A stretch of DNA of 28,647 bases from a virus. Taxonomy: Duplodnaviria > Caudoviricetes. Below the pieces are notes generated by a model. That model did not search any database. It saw nothing but the letters and a program-made list of their open reading frames with translations, and was not told the origin of the DNA. Below are positions 23,165 to 28,647 of this stretch, in pieces. The stretch covers positions 1 through 28,647 of the IMG/VR virus record IMGVR_UViG_3300032277_000060, one strand, 5' to 3'. Position 1 is the stretch's first letter. Each line of letters opens with the position of its first letter. Both the position numbers and the translations under genes were made by a program.

Positions 23165-26100
23165 GCTGCTTCTGTTACCAGTTTAGTCTTATTCTCTAAT
23201 ACAAAGAAATCATTTGCTTCAGTCATTAAGCCATTATTGACTATTGATGAACTGCTGCTCATATTCATATATGTCACATTCACATCCATTACCCAAGATG
23301 TGTTCACATCATCCTCTCCAGTTACTGAAATATCCAGCACAAAATCTCTTTTAGATGCACTCACATGAGCTATTGAAACAGTTGGAGCAGCCAATCCAGA
23401 ATCACGATTGCTTTCAACCACTGTATCTGAAATGGTTGATATTACTCCATCAATGTTTTTTAGCACAATGGATTGAGAAACAAAATATGTTCCACCTATT
23501 GGTAATGTTGCTGCTGCATATATTACACCAAGTGCATTGATTTTGAAGTGTGCTGTTGAGTTGATAGGTATTATGATATCACTTATTAGCTTTCCTTCTA
23601 CTCCAGCCACAACAGCTGTGGTGCTATTTGTAACACACATCAACTGAAATGACATAGAAGATGCCATACCTTCATTCAGTGTGTTTTTAACATAAGCAGC
23701 TGTTCCATTCTGTGACCAAGCCATATTGAAATTCTTGGAGCTTTGTCTCAGTAGATGTGTTCCTTGTTGTGATCCAACTGGAATTGGCACTTGAGGAAAG
23801 AATGATCTTGTTGGAATACCTGAAACACCCGAACCACTGGATACTCCATTTTCAAATCCTTCTGTTGGATCTCCATCCTCTCCATCTGATTGCCAATCCC
23901 ACCAACATTCAGGAATAACACCATCAAGTGCATATGTCAATCCTTCTGCTTCACAACATTCAATAGTTGGATTTTGAGATACTCCAGAAGCATCAACCCA
24001 GTTTGTCGTTCCATCTATGTTTGAAGATACATATGTCAATGCACATTGCTCAGATGGAAATAATGTAATAGATCCTATATCAATCAATTTCATTAACTTC
24101 ACTGGAGTTGGTTTGGGATCGACTGGATTGTATCCACTTATCTCAATCACTCTGTAATAGATTCCATCAATAAATATCCTATCATCAAAGGTTAAGAGAT
24201 TCATATCTGCTGGTGTGATAGCTATTTGACACATCACAAGTCTTGCATCCTCTGAATATATCTGTTGTAGGTATTCACTCCAGTAAGATCTGGCCAATCC
24301 AAGCGCATAATTTTGACCAATCAAAGGAGAACCAGCAGCTTGTTTTAGTGTATGCCTCCAATATGTTGATTGTGTTGAATCTGTTATTGGCAAAGTATGA
24401 AATGGAGTGACACATCCATACACTGCTGTTTCTGTTGAGCCTATAAATATGCTTTGACCTCCAGTTGTTTGTGTTCCATTCCAATACAATATTTTTGGTT
24501 TGTGAGCAACTGGAACTTGCGCACCATTACTCTCTCCAAACAAACGTGGATATATTATTGTGTTTGCATCGACTGAGTTCCAATCCGCTGTTGGTAGTTG
24601 CTGAATTGCTGTTGCTCCAAATACTGAGCTGTTTTGATGTGTTCCAACTGCATATGTATCATCTGATCTATATCCATATTGACCTAATGGTGTGCCATAT
24701 TCATTGAATTGAAATTGATTTGGCCAATCATTATCTACTCCATCATTGAGAGTGATATCTTTACTTCTAAGCTCTGTGGCTGGTTTTACAATAAACGGTT
24801 GTGAATGATCTAATTTCTCAGACCAGTCCAATACATCACCTGAAGCTATATAGTCGCTTAATGGCTCTAATATGAGTTGCTGTGGACTTGTAGATGGTAA
24901 TAGAGTGAGATTGTATCTTTGAACTAAGTCTTTCACGAATGCCGCGCATGTGATATCTGGCATATTAGCAATCGTATCAACTGGTTCACCACTTATTGTT
25001 GTGCTCTCATATGATAACCATCTGAAGAATGTTGTTAATGGATTCTTTTTTATGATACAACCCTCCATATAAGTTGTCATAGTCAGTTGCACTTCCATGC
25101 CAGATTCCAAGAATACTGCTTGTGGCATAGTATATGAAAAAGGTTCTGAGTATGTTTGACCTTGTTCCAATGACCAACCCATACTTGATAGAATGGTATC
25201 AGATGAATTTAACTCAACATTAAAAATTCCCCAAGTATTAGCCTGAGATGTATTATCTATCTCAAATGAGAAATCAAACACCGCCCACATATCACTTGGC
25301 ACAATAAAAGAAAAAGATGTTTCATTGAATCTATCATCTGGATCATAAAGATTCACTCCAGAAGTATCATTGAATGGAATGACAAAAGTATCACTTCCAG
25401 CCGCTGCTGTTATGTCTAAGCTCAATCCAGCTTTAAAACCATAATATGGAGTTGTTTTTAATCCATTAGCTCCATTGCCTAAACTCATATATAAATTTGT
25501 CCATACAGAAGTTGCCATGAACGTACTCTCAAGAGAGAATCCAAAAAAGTTTAATATCTCTCTAAAAATATGATCTATCTGCATGAATGGTAACAGATGT
25601 GCTGGTGGTAGATAGTTTGAAGTAAATACACCTTCATCAACTCCAAAATCACCATACAAACGCCCTCCTTGACTGAGTGCCTTATCTACTAATGGAATAC
25701 GAAGCACACCAGATCCAACACCTCCATCTGTAATATCTCCACTCCATGATGCAATGACATTTGCTGGTGTATTGTCATATTCATAGTTTGCTGGATTTGC
25801 AAATACATCTCTAAGCTTAGTATTGCCCATCTGTGTAAATAGATCTCCAGCACCTCCACTTATAGCACATTCATATGTCTGGCCAGTTTTAGAAACACTC
25901 AACAACTGCAATACTCCTTCTATCAAAGCAACACCATCATTCAACAGAGTGCATTGAACTGGATTCTCTGGCCTAAATACATCCGTACTCCATGCTCCTT
26001 GTGAAAGGTCTATCATAAAATAGTTCTCAAAGAAGTCATTGTTTATGTTTGAGAATGGCAAGAGAAACGTTCCAGAATATGGAGCCTCTCTACTCATTAA

Positions 26101-26208
26101 TTTCTCTGGATTAGCAAAGCTGTATGTTAATGGTATAGCTGCATCTTCAGATAATTCCAAAGTATGCCAATCATAAAGATCTCCAACTCTCGCTTGTAGC
26201 TCAATCAT
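23161..26208 (-). CDS. Large tail tip/baseplate hub protein
   Basis: 1015 aa; YSGTFLLP, LDWSEKLD and IFIDGIYYRV motifs; Cys cluster (ECC...CWW) and a beta-rich C-terminal domain. Confidence 0.75.
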   Translation of the reverse strand: MIELQARVGDLYDWHTLELSEDAAIPLTYSFANPEKLMSREAPYSGTFLLPFSNINNDFFENYFMIDLSQGAWSTDVFRPENPVQCTLLNDGVALIEGVLQLLSVSKTGQTYECAISGGAGDLFTQMGNTKLRDVFANPANYEYDNTPANVIASWSGDITDGGVGSGVLRIPLVDKALSQGGRLYGDFGVDEGVFTSNYLPPAHLLPFMQIDHIFREILNFFGFSLESTFMATSVWTNLYMSLGNGANGLKTTPYYGFKAGLSLDITAAAGSDTFVIPFNDTSGVNLYDPDDRFNETSFSFIVPSDMWAVFDFSFEIDNTSQANTWGIFNVELNSSDTILSSMGWSLEQGQTYSEPFSYTMPQAVFLESGMEVQLTMTTYMEGCIIKKNPLTTFFRWLSYESTTISGEPVDTIANMPDITCAAFVKDLVQRYNLTLLPSTSPQQLILEPLSDYIASGDVLDWSEKLDHSQPFIVKPATELRSKDITLNDGVDNDWPNQFQFNEYGTPLGQYGYRSDDTYAVGTHQNSSVFGATAIQQLPTADWNSVDANTIIYPRLFGESNGAQVPVAHKPKILYWNGTQTTGGQSIFIGSTETAVYGCVTPFHTLPITDSTQSTYWRHTLKQAAGSPLIGQNYALGLARSYWSEYLQQIYSEDARLVMCQIAITPADMNLLTFDDRIFIDGIYYRVIEISGYNPVDPKPTPVKLMKLIDIGSITLFPSEQCALTYVSSNIDGTTNWVDASGVSQNPTIECCEAEGLTYALDGVIPECWWDWQSDGEDGDPTEGFENGVSSGSGVSGIPTRSFFPQVPIPVGSQQGTHLLRQSSKNFNMAWSQNGTAAYVKNTLNEGMASSMSFQLMCVTNSTTAVVAGVEGKLISDIIIPINSTAHFKINALGVIYAAATLPIGGTYFVSQSIVLKNIDGVISTISDTVVESNRDSGLAAPTVSIAHVSASKRDFVLDISVTGEDDVNTSWVMDVNVTYMNMSSSSSIVNNGLMTEANDFFVLENKTKLVTEAA

Positions 26209-27608
26209 GATACTCTTTCTTTTGCGTATTCAATATTTATATCATATGCGAATAGCTTATTTCTTAGACTGGTTTTCTCAAGATAGTTTGTATCCTTTAT
26301 CACTATTGGTCTTATGTCTCCATTGCTGTCTATCATTACAACCTTGCGTGATACTATCAATGATTCTATCAAAACATCTCTGCTTTCATCATACCATCCA
26401 GTTGATACTTTCATTCCTCTCTTAGATCTTACATCTCTAAATGTAGTGCCTCCATTCCTTCCATATGCAGCCCAATTAACAGATGTACTTGTATCAAGAT
26501 AGTTTCCTGACTTGCCTACATACTTTGCTTTACTTGTTACGTTGGTTGTATTGGTTTGCGCACCTAATACATCTATGTAGTCATATGCTCCAGCTCTGTT
26601 TTGAAATGCAATAGTGAATGCATCGTATAAACATGATTCTTCTACTTGAGTGTATCTGTATATCCCTGAGAGCTGATTAGATGTGTTTAATGAAGCGGAT
26701 GTATATGCCACCACATCATAGTGTGTCCAAGTGCCATTGATAGCTGTTGCAAGTCCAGCATTGACAGTTTGAAGTTTTAAGTTCATTGGCCCAGTTCCAA
26801 CAAATGATATCATGCTATCTGATCCAGCTGCTCCAGATGCCACTCCACCAGACGTTGATGTGTTTACATCATAGATACCAACTTCAGATGCTCCATTCAT
26901 TACTCTGATTTTATAGTAGTTTAGACTGCGATTAAGATCATATCCAGTTGCAGTTCCAGTTGGAGTTGCTAATGTTCTGAATGATGTCATTGTTACATTG
27001 TCTTTGAATAGACTTGATGAAGCATTCAATCCAGATGGCCAAGTTCCAGTTCCATTCAAAGGTATCTCACTGAGCATTGGAGTATCATATGATGGAGCTG
27101 CTTCTGAAAATTCGCTTATGAACTTATCATTTATTTCCACTTTATTCCAATTTGCAAAATCAGAAGTTTGTCCAGCCCATCTTATTGCAAATACTTTGTT
27201 ATCTGAATCTTGCACTGTGTATGAAACATCTCCATCAGCTGTTGCTGATTTTATGTATCCAACATCAATCAAAAACTTTCTTGCTGTAAATGCTCCCTTT
27301 GCACATAGCTGAGTTAAGACTTTTTTACCAAGAAGATGAATTGAGAAACTGGAATTATCTAATGGTATTTGTATCTCTGTTGTCTTTACATAACTATCTA
27401 ATACTTGAGAAATATTGAATGTGGCTGCTTCATTATTATTTGGCTGTAATGCTAAGACTGTCAATACTACTCCAGCATCATCTTTTACCTTTAATGCAAA
27501 TCTGTATTTGTATCCACTGAATCCTACATCAGAGACTGTGAAGATAGTTGGTTGTAGTGTGCTTGTGAGAGCTGTTTCAGATGGTTGTTGTTCTACGATG
27601 TATGCCAT
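26205..27608 (-). CDS. Tail structural protein (distal-tail-like)
   Basis: Beta-rich, with a C-terminal FQNRAGAYDY...VSTGW...LIVSRKV segment; precedes the hub gene. Confidence 0.65.
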   Translation of the reverse strand: MAYIVEQQPSETALTSTLQPTIFTVSDVGFSGYKYRFALKVKDDAGVVLTVLALQPNNNEAATFNISQVLDSYVKTTEIQIPLDNSSFSIHLLGKKVLTQLCAKGAFTARKFLIDVGYIKSATADGDVSYTVQDSDNKVFAIRWAGQTSDFANWNKVEINDKFISEFSEAAPSYDTPMLSEIPLNGTGTWPSGLNASSSLFKDNVTMTSFRTLATPTGTATGYDLNRSLNYYKIRVMNGASEVGIYDVNTSTSGGVASGAAGSDSMISFVGTGPMNLKLQTVNAGLATAINGTWTHYDVVAYTSASLNTSNQLSGIYRYTQVEESCLYDAFTIAFQNRAGAYDYIDVLGAQTNTTNVTSKAKYVGKSGNYLDTSTSVNWAAYGRNGGTTFRDVRSKRGMKVSTGWYDESRDVLIESLIVSRKVVMIDSNGDIRPIVIKDTNYLEKTSLRNKLFAYDINIEYAKERVS

Positions 27609-27637
27609 TTTTATATATGTTCGTTTCTGTTATTTTA

Positions 27638-28207
27638 TTACAATATCTTAGCTATGATATTTGCTACATCTTGACCAACAGCAGAAGCAATTGGATCTGA
27701 GTATTTCTTTAGAATGTTATTACCAGTTTTAGATATAAAGTATGATGGTTTTAATCCTCTTTGAAATATTGCTCTCTGTACTAAGAATCCAAATGATCTA
27801 TCTGTTATGAATTGTCCTTTTGCATTACGGCCTTGATATCCTTTTACTTTTAACCATCCCATAATTGCTTTCAGTGGTGGTTTCTTATTTGTGAAGCTGA
27901 ATGTTCTGGTATTTGAGTTCATTAGTTTGAAAGTCTCCCGACTATATTTCTTATTCACTCCATCAACACCAGAATCTACATATTGCCAATAATCCACATC
28001 TGGAGTGAGTTCAATTGTCCATTCATCTTTGTCTTGGTTCAGCTCCCATTCTAACTTCATTGAGTTAGCCAGTGCTCCAGTTGCTCTGTGTCCTTGCCTC
28101 CTTAGCATCTGAAGTGCATTCTTTTTCCATCTCATCGCTACATCATGCATGATCTTTGTAGTGAGTGGTGCATCATACTTCACACTGTCAATCATCATTG
28201 TGATCAT
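27638..28207 (-). CDS. Putative tail completion/neck protein (HK97 gp10-like)
   Basis: Basic protein with ATGALANS, YWQYVDSG, PPLKAI and RGLKPSYF; start moved to the ATGA-coupled ATG at 28207. Confidence 0.6.
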   Translation of the reverse strand: MITMMIDSVKYDAPLTTKIMHDVAMRWKKNALQMLRRQGHRATGALANSMKLEWELNQDKDEWTIELTPDVDYWQYVDSGVDGVNKKYSRETFKLMNSNTRTFSFTNKKPPLKAIMGWLKVKGYQGRNAKGQFITDRSFGFLVQRAIFQRGLKPSYFISKTGNNILKKYSDPIASAVGQDVANIIAKIL

Positions 28208-28647
28208 GTCATAGGTATTAAGCACACATCATTTGTGTTATCTACTGAAAAGTTCAGATCAGCAGTCCAGCCAATTAGTTGATTTTCAAATCTCACATTG
28301 AATGGTAATACTGCAACTGGTAGCTCCATTGTTGCTCTCGGAATAAATTTGCTGTCATCATATGCATGATTGTGGCCTAATGCAATCACATCTTTGATCA
28401 TATAGAACATATTGCTGATAATCCATGCACGATCCTTCAAATCACTTGGTTGCATTGTGGCAATGATTACCTCCACTGTCAATTCTGCTTCACCTTTGTC
28501 AATACTTCCAGCACTAAGATTCACAAACAAACATGGAAATAAGTCTGCATTCATCTTCTTTACATCCATTTCATCAATTGGCCCGATTACAGTGCTGTGG
28601 ATCTGTGTGTTCTTAGCTCCATACGTTTCAAATGCTTCCAGTAATTT
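28204..28647 (-). CDS. 3' part of the 158-aa wrapped tail terminator-like gene
   Basis: Frame is open to the window end and continues at nt 176-208. Confidence 0.75.
   Translation of the reverse strand, partial: KLLEAFETYGAKNTQIHSTVIGPIDEMDVKKMNADLFPCLFVNLSAGSIDKGEAELTVEVIIATMQPSDLKDRAWIISNMFYMIKDVIALGHNHAYDDSKFIPRATMELPVAVLPFNVRFENQLIGWTADLNFSVDNTNDVCLIPMT
28473..28647. repeat. Terminal direct repeat (copy 2)
   Basis: 172/175 identical to nt 1-175. Confidence 0.97.

Noticed and set aside
1-28647. Stop-codon reassignment
   Set aside because: Standard-code ORFs tile the genome densely, and TAA, TGA and TAG all terminate genes.

Overview
The window is an apparently complete, circular (or circularly permuted) tailed-phage genome of about 28,472 bp; nt 1-175 recur at 28473-28647 with three synonymous differences. 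Essentially all genes lie on the minus strand. TAnnTTTG promoter boxes and A-rich leaders suggest a Bacteroidota (flavobacterial-type) host. I found no integrase, repressor cassette, DNA polymerase or CRISPR array. Modules in transcription order: early small ORFs, two DNA methyltransferases, SSB-like and HTH proteins, a replication initiator, DUF5675-like and NinG-like proteins, a sigma-factor-like protein, TerS/TerL, a -1 frameshifting tail-chaperone-like gene, tail genes, tape measure, XkdF-type protease, scaffold, major capsid, tail tube, a 910-aa structural protein, portal, adaptor, fibre, holin-like genes and a metallophosphoesterase. The main finding is the 910-aa protein. Its six carbohydrate-binding-like domains appear nested inside one another like balanced parentheses, 1[2[3[4[]5[6[]]]]], each inserted into the same loop of its parent. 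Other candidates: a 128-nt tRNA-ended RNA between direct repeats, a plus-strand sRNA complementary to early-gene leaders, and a CG-rich repeat cluster after terL. Protein calls rest on motif recognition by eye, not database searches.
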